Positions 29,901 to 38,526 of a stretch of DNA of 64,000 nt are shown here, piece after piece. Position numbers and translations under genes: made by a program. The DNA lies in the IMG/VR virus record IMGVR_UViG_3300033997_000243, positions 186,001 to 250,000 of that record, one strand, 5' to 3'. The notes under the pieces were generated by a model that saw only the letters and a program-made list of their open reading frames with translations, had not been told where the DNA came from and did not search any database. How positions within the stretch are numbered: position 1 is the stretch's first letter; each line of letters starts with the position of its first letter.

Positions 29901-30269
29901 AAAATTGCTGTTGTTGAAGCAAATGGTGGTATGGGTACGCAAGCTCAACTTAATAAATACTATACTGCTGGTGATTATCCGTATGATCCTGCACTTACTT
30001 ATGTTTATAAGTGGGAATACTCAGTTAAATTTAATGATGGAAATAGAAAGCTTACTGTTCCGTCGATAGCAACTACTTACGATGTAATGAACAGAATAAC
30101 ATCGTTTGCTGTGAATCAATCGAACGAAGAACATAGCGGATCAGGTTACTCGCTTGTTGTAGAGGCAATATTATGGATCAAAGCAAGTAATGGTGTTGAA
30201 ATGAAAAGTAACTTGGTTACAATCAATATTGTTAGTGATCCAATTTTTGCAGGTGGAAACATTCCGTAA
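26910..30269 (+). CDS. multidomain virion/fibre protein: three beta-sandwich repeats plus a split Calx-beta domain
   Basis: repeated ...V(Y/F).G..IA.T...IRV...W.Y...P modules; T.DGTAKS ... DY...V.IP.G. Confidence 0.7.
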   Translation: MARLRIRSIYNNKWLDVCNHPVSFRSPDNRSWIPFDIKRMSVRDGGNLNWLEIDCKPDPLFDEPCAFKQIGSVNCPTGIDTMELGSGDGTGSDGLPFDLITGYPAGYDMPDAGDTGFMLERAIGSPRGFALKRPALNYALEYYDPEGVTSNLGRGNYANPNYLWATTFSGGAQITETIYDLGQVAGWYEVIFASYDDVGISVDVYYLGQRIATTCGRIKDRYKIEFFFDALAGEGESRVMIRVRGQESTRWTYMVTGPKQMLSVYGLDLEDPLHQVLIRTDEYSGTPLFPAPCHATVFPRDYKTNDGKWFYEFHHYVGENADPNELALMVIDYTSWMNLDKFEVYHGGLRIGSTMDPKSLLGMIQFLWEPNRFSIPVPDLMIRVSADVRQYGEDIMSWYYTLFCQNTPGYRENPWDCETPVAGLSSMGHGSTEDNYDMDNGVENGVVSIKATGYGDFTYTVTVFDIDGKLVAYTEGKRTTFTQFFIKAAEHGDTRKRIAVRIDAPIGSSWTYFVGCPVELLDIELDDKTIPVCNDEFEITVNDVQCVKSDFATFTVTSSLPVPNDVHVSVSTQDGTAKSSGGAGSDYAGLPDIYGIFQDNDSPTETSNFDSKTLRFGVQNWPNASVVFDNGWGNLANPEHKNAASTNDPSHIMGRNTNYWQNLETSSFANLSPDAKLVVNAWKHRLGNLNGKSWIILTDSADPAGDFSEICSNFIQSMINIYGMNVHVVRDDYTTQNFTPYDIITIANSRRWGEVGQFSAAGVHYMARVLQGYKSPVGIAIADQVKQNRVLHCYFRATNQRLAQNILIRDVMNCFVGVKFYWNEQLTKNPTNADVTLGRHLAQYPDTPLLTGISEAKADSDFTVLDVLYIPAPTTVDPDYVAKSEIVTIPTGATSAQVKVTTLDPKASPIGKNFYLNLTGTDSGTIVDAQGIATFANSNTSPQPVGDLNFSPSYFTSHSKNTWDNSGVRVYGSAVAFAIDYSGFPTQTNPGGVEQPGKIAVVEANGGMGTQAQLNKYYTAGDYPYDPALTYVYKWEYSVKFNDGNRKLTVPSIATTYDVMNRITSFAVNQSNEEHSGSGYSLVVEAILWIKASNGVEMKSNLVTINIVSDPIFAGGNIP

Positions 30270-30272
30270 TCA

Positions 30273-30292
30273 AAAGGGGCTTCGGCCCCTTT
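30273..30292 (+). terminator. C(UUCG)G hairpin, possibly bidirectional terminator
   Basis: AAAGGGGC-TTCG-GCCCCTTT. Confidence 0.65.
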
Positions 30293-30311
30293 CACCAAGA
30301 AGAAGAATTTT

Positions 30312-33300
30312 ATGGCAGGAACTCCATTCACAACTATTTACGAAAATTTAGGATCTAATGCGACAACTGTTCCTGGAATTTCGTGGAAGTTTGACCATGA
30401 ATACATTATCTACACGATTGAAAGAAACGCAGATGATGAAGTAGGTGTTGTTTATATAAATACACATGCGGCTTCTCTTCGAGCTATTGATCGTGGATTT
30501 TTAGCTGTAACGGTTGACGCATGGATTGTTCTTGATCGTCAAACAATGCAGATTAAAAGCGAATCACGTAAAGGTGATGCTTGTCCAATTTTAAAAGTTT
30601 TAGAGCGCCCGATTACAGTTGGCGTATCGGACTTTACTTCAGAAAATTGGGAAGTTTATTATTCAGGCCCTGGAGTTGTACAATTAAATATTGACTGGCC
30701 TGATGATTATGAATACGTTATCTTTGTTCACGCAACAGAGCCTCCTGGTCGCTATCCAGATCTTAAGTGGTCTATATGCGCTCACTTCTTTTGTCCGGCA
30801 GCAATGAATGCGAGTGATATAAATGGCGGTGGTTATTTAAAACCGATTGAAGGTGCGTCAGGTGTAATGATGTATCGTGGTCGGTTTTCTAGTCCAACTG
30901 GCAGACATATTCGTAGATTCGACAAAGGTGATGGTTTAATAGCGTATATACTTCGCAGAAAATTTAGAACTGATACCAAAGCAACAACTGAATTTAATAG
31001 TTGGAAGCAACACACGTTTGCACTTCCTAATGGCATACAAGCTGGTGGAAATTGGCGTGATGCTAAACCTTATGCTTGGCCTGATGATACTGAAATAATG
31101 GTAGTGTCACAAGATCCTAAAGGTAGCACAGAAATGGCTACTTCTTATTATTTCACAGATTCAAACATTCAGAATACAACTCAAATAAATTGGCGTGAAC
31201 GCGGTTTATTGTATGATGCGGGTTATGATCATTATATAGAGTTGTTGAAACCTATTTGGCAAAACCGTGGAACCAAACATATCCGTTCAAGTGATGGAAG
31301 AATTTTTGCAGCGTGGGAAAAACTACCCACGTTAGATGTTCCACCGCCAGAACCTCCACCGCCAGTTGATCCTGTAATTGATTGTCGCGCTTGCGTACCA
31401 GCTGGATCTTTGTGGGAGCAAACTGCAAGTATTGAAGTTCGTTTTGTTAAGCCTGATGATTGGCAATTACGCAATTATCGCTATGATTGGCACGGTGACA
31501 TCGGCAACGGTTCTGTGGAATTAATTGGAACCGAAGCTAATGGAAGAATTGCAAAAATTCGTTTTGTAAAAATGTTAGAACCTACCGATGATGGAATAAT
31601 GTTTCCTATCAATGTGGCGGTTACAGTTTATGATATGGATTATGCTTCGGCTGGAGTACAAGATAGTGATACAGCAATCATCGAATTTGAATTACCTTGT
31701 ATTGTAGTGGCGAATCAGCCGGATATAAGTATAGAGGATATTACTGTACTTGAGCAAGACATCAATCATGTCGTACAGGTTACAGTTTCTTTGTCTGAAC
31801 CAGCAACTGCGGAAGCACTAACAGTAGATTGGCAAACTCGTGATGGTACTGCGAAAAGCGATCTGAGTGTTAAAACACTTGCTAGGGATGATTTAGGTAA
31901 TCCATTTATAACCGTTATAGAAAGTTTAGATAGTAAAGTCAGGACTTATATAGATGGTTGTTTTCCAAAATGGTATGCTGCAAGTTTTTACGACAGATTG
32001 AATACACCTAAATTTCAAACAACATTTTTATTCACGCAAAACATAATTAACTGGTTATCCAGAAATAAAGTTGGAGGTCAAGTTTTATTATTAGGTGATA
32101 AGACGAACGATCCTTACAATGTTAAACTATCTAACGCAAATGATTTTTTCCCTGTATTCGATGCCGCAGCAACAGCCACAGGAAGAACTTTAGTTGTTGA
32201 ATATGTCTATGATATAGTTCCATCTAAAGCATATTTCGATTCCTTCGATTGCATTATTTATATAGGCAGTCACTATACAGGCGATCAAGTTAATTCACCT
32301 GAATTTATTACTGCACTTGTAGAAAGTCATTTAGGTGGAATCGGAGCAGCATTTATATCTGATCATGGTGTTGATGATATTAATGGGGCTGGTTTTTTCA
32401 AAGGCGTTAATGAAGTTTTGATCAATGCTTTTGGTATAGGACTAAAGGGCAATATAGATCGCGGATCTATGGTACTTACTGTGGAAAACGCAAAAGCTAC
32501 TTTAGGTGATCATCCATTGTGGGCCGGATTAAGCGGCCAAATAGATGCAGGATCTTCAGAAGCGTATGTTGATGCAATAGATAGTGAACCGGATTATATA
32601 AGTGGTCGAGGAACTTTAGTCTTTGCTGTCGGTGAGCAACACAAAATAATCGAGGTTACAATTGTTGGTGATACTACAATTGAGAATGACGAATATTTTG
32701 AAATAATGATCTCGAATAATAGTCGAGGTCAGATAGTAAAAAATGTTGGTCGTGTTACACTTCAAGATGATGATGCTCAACCTTGCGGTGTCACAACAGG
32801 ATCTGGTGGTACTGGTGTCACAGAAACAGTTCATAATATGGGATCTGAATCAGGCCAAGTAACAGTTGGTTTTGATATGTTCGGTGTTCCAGATATGATG
32901 GAAATTTTTTACGATGGAGTACGCGTAGCCGCAACAAGCAGAGATTTAAGTAATCCATACCCAAGTGGAACTGGACGCTATTACAATCTTCCAAATGGAA
33001 ATAAAGATCTTCCAACTGAAGTAAGTGGTGCTGGTACTCTATCATTTTATTATGAAGGGCCACCAAACAAACCTTCAACAATCATGATTCGTATGACTGG
33101 GCCAGACGGAACTGCATGGAATTACAATTTAGATTGTCCGATTCCTGTTGAGGAGCCGCCACCGCCAGCAGTAACAATTGCTGGAATAAGATTTAGAAAT
33201 TTAGATCCAGCACCTGGAGCAGGAGCAATTGCAATAGGTTATATTGATTTTATAAAATCGGATAGCACTATTTACGATTTTGGTAATGTACTGCAAGATA

Positions 33301-34226
33301 ACTATGTAAATTGTACTTTTGAGCATGGATATACAGAAGGACAACCTGTGCAATATCAAAATAGTTATAAGCCGCGTCAAGCAATTAATGGCTATCAAGA
33401 AGGATCTCAATGCAGTCACCGCGATTACTATGGCCCATTCACAAATGATGCGTACTTATTAATTCGTTTATCTCAAATGACGGATATAATAGGTTTCAAC
33501 ATGATGGATTGGCATTATTGTAATGACAATGGCGCTCCAGTGTTTCGCGCTCCAGCACTTCCATACAGCATAGATCTTTTAGATCAAAATGATAATGTGA
33601 TTTGCACACAAACAGTAACAAGTTATGTTAGTCCGGCGGCAGATACAGTTGGTTACGTTCCAATACAATTCCCTTGCGATCCTGTAATTGGTGGAACAAG
33701 TGTAGGTGGCGGAAGTGCAGATTGTTTTGCATACGGAACTTTGATAACTATGTCTGACGGTTTTGAAAAAGAAATCGAAGATATTGTTATTGGAGAAACA
33801 GTTAAAACTTTTTCCATAGAAGGATTAACTGATGCAAATGCTGAAAATCCTGTGGACTATTTAACTTGGTCAACTTACGATCTGCAAATAAAAGAATCTA
33901 CTGCCGCAGTAACATCAGTTTCTTATCACGAAACTAATCTACATCATAAGATTTGGATAGAAGGCAAAATAGATCCTATAAGGGTCACTGCGGAACATCC
34001 ATTCTTAGTTAAGTTTTCTGATAGAAATGATTGGGTATTTGATTACGCTCGTTATCTTAAAGCAGGTGATACTGTTTTAGATTCAAGTGGTCGGCAAATA
34101 AAAGTTCTATCGAATCAATTGATATACGGAAATATTAAAACTGTCCGTCTGGATGTTGAAACGCTAGATACTTATTTTGCTGGTGGAATTCTTGTACACA
34201 ACAAAGATACTACAATACAACAGTAG
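30312..34226 (+). CDS. multidomain fibre/adhesin protein with a split Calx-beta domain and a C-terminal Hint domain
   Basis: Pro linkers; ISIEDITVLE..DGTAKS / DY..G.L.FA.GE..K.I.V.I.GD...E.DE.F; ends CFAYG...LVHN. Confidence 0.8.
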   Translation: MAGTPFTTIYENLGSNATTVPGISWKFDHEYIIYTIERNADDEVGVVYINTHAASLRAIDRGFLAVTVDAWIVLDRQTMQIKSESRKGDACPILKVLERPITVGVSDFTSENWEVYYSGPGVVQLNIDWPDDYEYVIFVHATEPPGRYPDLKWSICAHFFCPAAMNASDINGGGYLKPIEGASGVMMYRGRFSSPTGRHIRRFDKGDGLIAYILRRKFRTDTKATTEFNSWKQHTFALPNGIQAGGNWRDAKPYAWPDDTEIMVVSQDPKGSTEMATSYYFTDSNIQNTTQINWRERGLLYDAGYDHYIELLKPIWQNRGTKHIRSSDGRIFAAWEKLPTLDVPPPEPPPPVDPVIDCRACVPAGSLWEQTASIEVRFVKPDDWQLRNYRYDWHGDIGNGSVELIGTEANGRIAKIRFVKMLEPTDDGIMFPINVAVTVYDMDYASAGVQDSDTAIIEFELPCIVVANQPDISIEDITVLEQDINHVVQVTVSLSEPATAEALTVDWQTRDGTAKSDLSVKTLARDDLGNPFITVIESLDSKVRTYIDGCFPKWYAASFYDRLNTPKFQTTFLFTQNIINWLSRNKVGGQVLLLGDKTNDPYNVKLSNANDFFPVFDAAATATGRTLVVEYVYDIVPSKAYFDSFDCIIYIGSHYTGDQVNSPEFITALVESHLGGIGAAFISDHGVDDINGAGFFKGVNEVLINAFGIGLKGNIDRGSMVLTVENAKATLGDHPLWAGLSGQIDAGSSEAYVDAIDSEPDYISGRGTLVFAVGEQHKIIEVTIVGDTTIENDEYFEIMISNNSRGQIVKNVGRVTLQDDDAQPCGVTTGSGGTGVTETVHNMGSESGQVTVGFDMFGVPDMMEIFYDGVRVAATSRDLSNPYPSGTGRYYNLPNGNKDLPTEVSGAGTLSFYYEGPPNKPSTIMIRMTGPDGTAWNYNLDCPIPVEEPPPPAVTIAGIRFRNLDPAPGAGAIAIGYIDFIKSDSTIYDFGNVLQDNYVNCTFEHGYTEGQPVQYQNSYKPRQAINGYQEGSQCSHRDYYGPFTNDAYLLIRLSQMTDIIGFNMMDWHYCNDNGAPVFRAPALPYSIDLLDQNDNVICTQTVTSYVSPAADTVGYVPIQFPCDPVIGGTSVGGGSADCFAYGTLITMSDGFEKEIEDIVIGETVKTFSIEGLTDANAENPVDYLTWSTYDLQIKESTAAVTSVSYHETNLHHKIWIEGKIDPIRVTAEHPFLVKFSDRNDWVFDYARYLKAGDTVLDSSGRQIKVLSNQLIYGNIKTVRLDVETLDTYFAGGILVHNKDTTIQQ
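33723..34202 (+). other. Hint (intein-like) domain 2
   Basis: block A CFAYGT.I.M.DG..K.IEDI..G; block B TAEHPF; block G LVHN; residue after HN is Lys. Confidence 0.9.
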
Positions 34227-34323
34227 TGTTTTTAAAATGGCAAAACCTGCTAATTTAAAGTTATAGACAAAACTTCTTCTGTTTCATTGTATTCAGAAGA
34301 AGTTTGTGTACTGGGAGTTTAAA

Positions 34324-34545
34324 ATGCCAAAGGCAGTTGTTTTGAGAGTCAGGGACGTTAAAAACGTCCTTGATCCTTTTCATATAAAGAATTTTCATTT
34401 AGGTGGCTGGCGTGTTCGTCATGAAAACAAATGGATCAGAATGGTTCCAGAAAATACTCTGATTAAAAATCCAGATCATGATCCGGCTGTACACGCACCA
34501 GATGATACTGAATTTCCGTTATATACACAGGTGGTATCAGAATGA
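34324..34545 (+). CDS. small virion-associated protein (start MPKAV)
   Basis: GGGAG SD; R..N.W pattern like the N-terminus of 26910. Confidence 0.55.
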   Translation: MPKAVVLRVRDVKNVLDPFHIKNFHLGGWRVRHENKWIRMVPENTLIKNPDHDPAVHAPDDTEFPLYTQVVSE

Positions 34546-35315
34546 TAACTAGACTACCTTTAGCAATGATCAACGCTGGATCAACAAGTTTAGCAGGACA
34601 AAATGTTACAGTTGTTCAGCCGGGAGTATTAGCTGCACAAGATCCGTCTGCAACTGTTCAACCTGCTGTTATACAAGGAACGTATGACGCGGATAGTGGA
34701 ACAGTTACAATAGTCAATGCTGATAATTCGATAGTTTTAATTTCTGGTTTTCCAACAATAAGAAGTTTACCAACTGGACAACGTGGGCCAGAAGGTAAAC
34801 AAGGTATTTCTGGAGTAGCAGGAAGAAATGGTCGTGATGGTCGTCCTGGAGAACAAGGTTGTCCTGGAGTAAAAGGTGATCGTGGCTTGCGAGGCCCAAT
34901 TGGGCCAGAAGGCCCACGAGGGCCGCAAGGAGAAATCGGCCCCAAAGGTGACAAAGGTGACAAAGGTGACAAAGGTGATGCAGGTATTGATGGCCTTGAA
35001 CCAGAATATGTAAAGACAAGTCGTGGAGCATCTATTTATTTACAAAGAAGCGGTGGAACAATTCAAAGTGGATTTTTTGAAAATGCTCTACAAGACAGAA
35101 CAATAACTTTACTGTTTCCGAGAAATTTAATAAACGGTGTTGTAAGTATTGTATTGTTCTTTAAGAATCCAAGTAGCTACCAAGCTCTGAATTATGAAAT
35201 AGGTGAATATTTCTACGATGATTTAGAAATTGGTGGTGTAACAATAACTCTTAAAGGAACTCCACCTGCACAGCTTGAGCCTTGGCAGTTCTGGTGGTTT
35301 GTAATGGGCGATTAA
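34542..35315 (+). CDS. collagen-like fibre protein with a C-terminal globular domain
   Basis: about 25 Gly-X-Y triplets; (AAAGGTGAC)3 repeat; shared N-cap. Confidence 0.85.
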   Translation: MITRLPLAMINAGSTSLAGQNVTVVQPGVLAAQDPSATVQPAVIQGTYDADSGTVTIVNADNSIVLISGFPTIRSLPTGQRGPEGKQGISGVAGRNGRDGRPGEQGCPGVKGDRGLRGPIGPEGPRGPQGEIGPKGDKGDKGDKGDAGIDGLEPEYVKTSRGASIYLQRSGGTIQSGFFENALQDRTITLLFPRNLINGVVSIVLFFKNPSSYQALNYEIGEYFYDDLEIGGVTITLKGTPPAQLEPWQFWWFVMGD

Positions 35316-35317
35316 TC

Positions 35318-35821
35318 ATGCAACAATCTAAGTACCTTAGTTACGATCCAACTGTTGAAACTGGCCCGAATATTCGCGGTCAATATTCAACAAAAGAACT
35401 GGCTGGAAAAAATCATATTCTTGTCACAGCTCTTGAAGTAGAGCAATTTAGAAAAAACCCAAATGGATTCAGAGTTACACTTGGTAAGTTGGAAAAGATT
35501 AATCAGCCAAACATTTCAACTGTCCAAAGAATGCAGACAGAAAAAGAAATAACAAAAACAACAATCACAAGTCCTTTAGAAATAGAGCACGGTGATGCAA
35601 AATTTGTATATATTCCAGATATGACTTTGCAACTAAATACAGCACTCGGTTTGCATTTATGTATTCACGATAAAAATAAAACGGTAAGTTTGCCTTGTAA
35701 AGTTGTGGAATCAGATACTTGGATATTTCGAGATCACACATATGAAGATCTAGTGCGACTGGCTACTGCTATCAATGATCGCCGTGAATCCATCAGTTCA
35801 GGTGCTTACGAAACTTTGTAA
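35318..35821 (+). CDS. putative tail fibre assembly/accessory protein
   Basis: start MQQSK just after the fibre gene; position typical of fibre chaperones. Confidence 0.45.
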   Translation: MQQSKYLSYDPTVETGPNIRGQYSTKELAGKNHILVTALEVEQFRKNPNGFRVTLGKLEKINQPNISTVQRMQTEKEITKTTITSPLEIEHGDAKFVYIPDMTLQLNTALGLHLCIHDKNKTVSLPCKVVESDTWIFRDHTYEDLVRLATAINDRRESISSGAYETL

Positions 35822-35833
35822 TAGGGTAGATCA

Positions 35834-36748
35834 ATGGACACACTATTAATAGGGCTAGTTAGTGAGTGTTTGAGTAAAGCTGTAGCTTTGGGACTGACGG
35901 CATCCAATAAAATAGTTTTAGCTGTAGGATCTACACAAAACGAAACAGCTTTAATTTATGTCAGTGCTGTTGAACCCACTGGGCCAGAACTTCCACTAAA
36001 TTTTATGTGGATAGTTTCAGATTCTAACAGTGCAGATTATCAGAAGATTCTGAGAAGAACTTCAAAGACTGCAAACTTTCCTTACCAAAATACTTACGAA
36101 TATCCAACGGTATATGCAAACGTAATAAATACATTTCCTGTATATGATGCTGTTGACGGTTTTATTCGCCCTGCATTAGAAAATCATAGATATTCTGTAG
36201 GAAATGCTCATGCTGCTACTCCAACTCAAATTGGAGCAGTTAATATAAATGGCGATACAATGCTTGGCAGTTTAAAAGCCAGAGCAAATTGGAGATCTGT
36301 TCCATTACAACCAGAAGAATTTATTCCTCTGCAAAAAATGACAGATAGCCTTAATAGTCAGACTCAAGGCTTTTACACTATTCTAATGCAGTTATTTAAT
36401 AGAATAGGTGCAGTAGAAACAACTAACGCTCAGTTAGCTCAAAGAATTACAGCTTTAGAGACAACTGGTGGTGGCCAAATAGATCCAAATCTTGTTCCAC
36501 GTACTTATGTACATGAACAAGCAGAAGCAGAACCTACTTGGATTATAAATCACAATCTAGGTACTCAATTCTTAATTGTACAACATTGGGTTCATATTAA
36601 TACACCTGATGGGATAAAATTGGAATTGGCTGGAGCGGAACAAGTTGTTATAGTAAATGACAATTTTGTTTTAATTGATCATACGATACCAGCAACAGGA
36701 ATAGTTGTGTTGTTGGAAGCAGGGTTAGAAGTAGTTCCAGAGGAATAA
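35834..36748 (+). CDS. virion structural protein with H.Q...W.I.HNLG domain
   Basis: GN.H..TP.QIGA..GD.M.G.L fibre motifs, coiled coil, HNLG domain. Confidence 0.65.
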   Translation: MDTLLIGLVSECLSKAVALGLTASNKIVLAVGSTQNETALIYVSAVEPTGPELPLNFMWIVSDSNSADYQKILRRTSKTANFPYQNTYEYPTVYANVINTFPVYDAVDGFIRPALENHRYSVGNAHAATPTQIGAVNINGDTMLGSLKARANWRSVPLQPEEFIPLQKMTDSLNSQTQGFYTILMQLFNRIGAVETTNAQLAQRITALETTGGGQIDPNLVPRTYVHEQAEAEPTWIINHNLGTQFLIVQHWVHINTPDGIKLELAGAEQVVIVNDNFVLIDHTIPATGIVVLLEAGLEVVPEE

Positions 36749-36752
36749 GATC

Positions 36753-37691
36753 ATGCGTTATTTGATAGGTGCATTATTTTTAGCGTTTCAGACTTTTGCC
36801 AACCCTTTGTTGTCTACTGAAAAACCTATCATTTATTACGTAACTCAAAATCCAATCAGCACACATTATGGAGATCCGATAGCCAGTTATTTAGCGTCCA
36901 GATTCAATAGCCATCAAGTTCTTGCATATTATATGCAAATGGATGTTGGAGGTTCAAGATCTAATGAAAAGTATTTACTGGATATTGTAGTTCGTGATGT
37001 GCAAAATGTTAAACCAGCTTATGTGTTTGTGTACAATTCTGGAATAGCTGCTGATTTGAAGCGAGAGCTAGGAAATAAATTTATTGTAGCTGATTTTTCT
37101 ATAGTATCTTCCAGCACAGATATTGTTATTGAGAATCCTATAGCTAAATTGCTACACGTTTTATCTGAATTCGATTATGAATACGGCAGGGTTCATATCT
37201 TAACAGATCAAACAAATCAAAGTGGGCGCAATGCTAGACTTTACAAAACTCTGTTACTAAATCAAGGCATAAAGGAAAATTTGGTTGAGATTCATAAATT
37301 TGAGAATGTCAAACAACTGGAATTGAAGCTAAGATCTTTAAATGCAGAGCCGCACGGAATTATTATAAATGCGATGTATGTTCTAAAGGATCAGGAACTA
37401 AGTAAGTTTAGTTATGCGGTCGATCTAAAAAACATTGTTGTACGCATTAACCGAAAACACATTGATGTAAATGGTTATCTAAGCCCTGAAGAAAACGAAG
37501 CGCTAATATTTTCAATTGACACAAAAACGGCTGGTGATTATTTTGCAAATAGTGTTTTAGGAACCAAAACTAAACTCAGTGGTACTGTTAAATTTAGAGT
37601 CACATTAAATGCAAAGCGCATGAATGAACTTGGCTTTAAAGATAACTATCTTCGCGGCCTTCATAATGTGGATGCACTAACAAATGACTAA
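36753..37691 (+). CDS. secreted periplasmic-binding-protein-like (ABC_sub_bind-like) protein
   Basis: signal peptide MRYLIGALFLAFQTFA; alternating alpha/beta pattern; C-terminal LNAKRMNELG like the family IN.K.A..LG motif. Confidence 0.55.
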   Translation: MRYLIGALFLAFQTFANPLLSTEKPIIYYVTQNPISTHYGDPIASYLASRFNSHQVLAYYMQMDVGGSRSNEKYLLDIVVRDVQNVKPAYVFVYNSGIAADLKRELGNKFIVADFSIVSSSTDIVIENPIAKLLHVLSEFDYEYGRVHILTDQTNQSGRNARLYKTLLLNQGIKENLVEIHKFENVKQLELKLRSLNAEPHGIIINAMYVLKDQELSKFSYAVDLKNIVVRINRKHIDVNGYLSPEENEALIFSIDTKTAGDYFANSVLGTKTKLSGTVKFRVTLNAKRMNELGFKDNYLRGLHNVDALTND

Positions 37692-37977
37692 CTTTAGCCA
37701 AAAACAAGTTAAGTGGATTTTCCTTATATTGCTTTTATTTGTTCTCGGTGTTGTGTTCGGTGATTTTTATTTAAACCGAGAAGATGACAAACAAAAAGCA
37801 ATACGAGAAGAATTCGTACTTTGTGTCAGCGCTGTATGCTTAAATAAAAAAGTTGGGCAACAGTGTGTAGAAATGGCTCCTGTTATTGCTCGTGTTGTTG
37901 TGGCTGAAGATTCTGTTGAACGTGATGCTAAAAGGTTAATCATTGAGACTGGTAATGAATGCTCAGTACACAACTAG
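37684..37977 (+). CDS. small single-TM protein with a 4-Cys soluble domain (antiholin-like topology)
   Basis: N-terminal hydrophobic helix; four Cys. Confidence 0.55.
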   Translation: MTNFSQKQVKWIFLILLLFVLGVVFGDFYLNREDDKQKAIREEFVLCVSAVCLNKKVGQQCVEMAPVIARVVVAEDSVERDAKRLIIETGNECSVHN

Positions 37978-37992
37978 ATAAAGGGTTGACGG

Positions 37993-38526
37993 ATGGGCGG
38001 CTTTTTTGAGTATTTATCAAGTTCAGCCCCAAGCACAGTGATACTTGCAGTATTACTTGTTGCCTGTGGTTGGTATTTGTATAGCCACGGCTTACCTGCT
38101 ATTCAAAACCAAAAGACGTTCGAGGAAGAACGGGAAAAGTGGCAGAAAGAAAAAGATGAATTAAATGAGGTTATTAAAAACCACGTAACGCAAGATTCGA
38201 CAGAACAACTTCTGTTAGATCTAATAAAAACATGCCAAGCAACTCACGAAATGGTATCTAGCTTAGTAGTAGAAACTGATAAAGAGTTTGTTGAATTGGC
38301 AGGTAAACTGGATAAACTTATCGGTACATTGAAAGAAGTTTCGGCAAGCAGTGATAGCACATTATTGCGAAGGGTAGAAGGACTAGATGCCGAACTCAGG
38401 CTTATAACCCAACAAGTCAGTGCAGTAAGTTACCGATTAGCAACAATAACTGGTTTGTTGATCGGAAATCAACAGAGGTCTGCGCTATCTGATTTAATGG
38501 GGAACGACGTAAAGGATCTCAAATGA
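37993..38526 (+). CDS. single-TM coiled-coil membrane protein
   Basis: TM segment VILAVLLVACGWYLY followed by heptads. Confidence 0.6.
   Translation: MGGFFEYLSSSAPSTVILAVLLVACGWYLYSHGLPAIQNQKTFEEEREKWQKEKDELNEVIKNHVTQDSTEQLLLDLIKTCQATHEMVSSLVVETDKEFVELAGKLDKLIGTLKEVSASSDSTLLRRVEGLDAELRLITQQVSAVSYRLATITGLLIGNQQRSALSDLMGNDVKDLK

Noticed and set aside
24237-34202. Hint domains as true splicing inteins or mobile elements
   Set aside because: The residues after HN are Leu and Lys rather than Cys/Ser/Thr, the C-extensions are only 7-10 aa, and there is no homing endonuclease.
25005-34985. 9-bp tandem repeats (GGTCGTGAT)3 and (AAAGGTGAC)3 as CRISPR or phase-variation loci
   Set aside because: They are in-frame Gly-X-Y codon repeats with no spacers.
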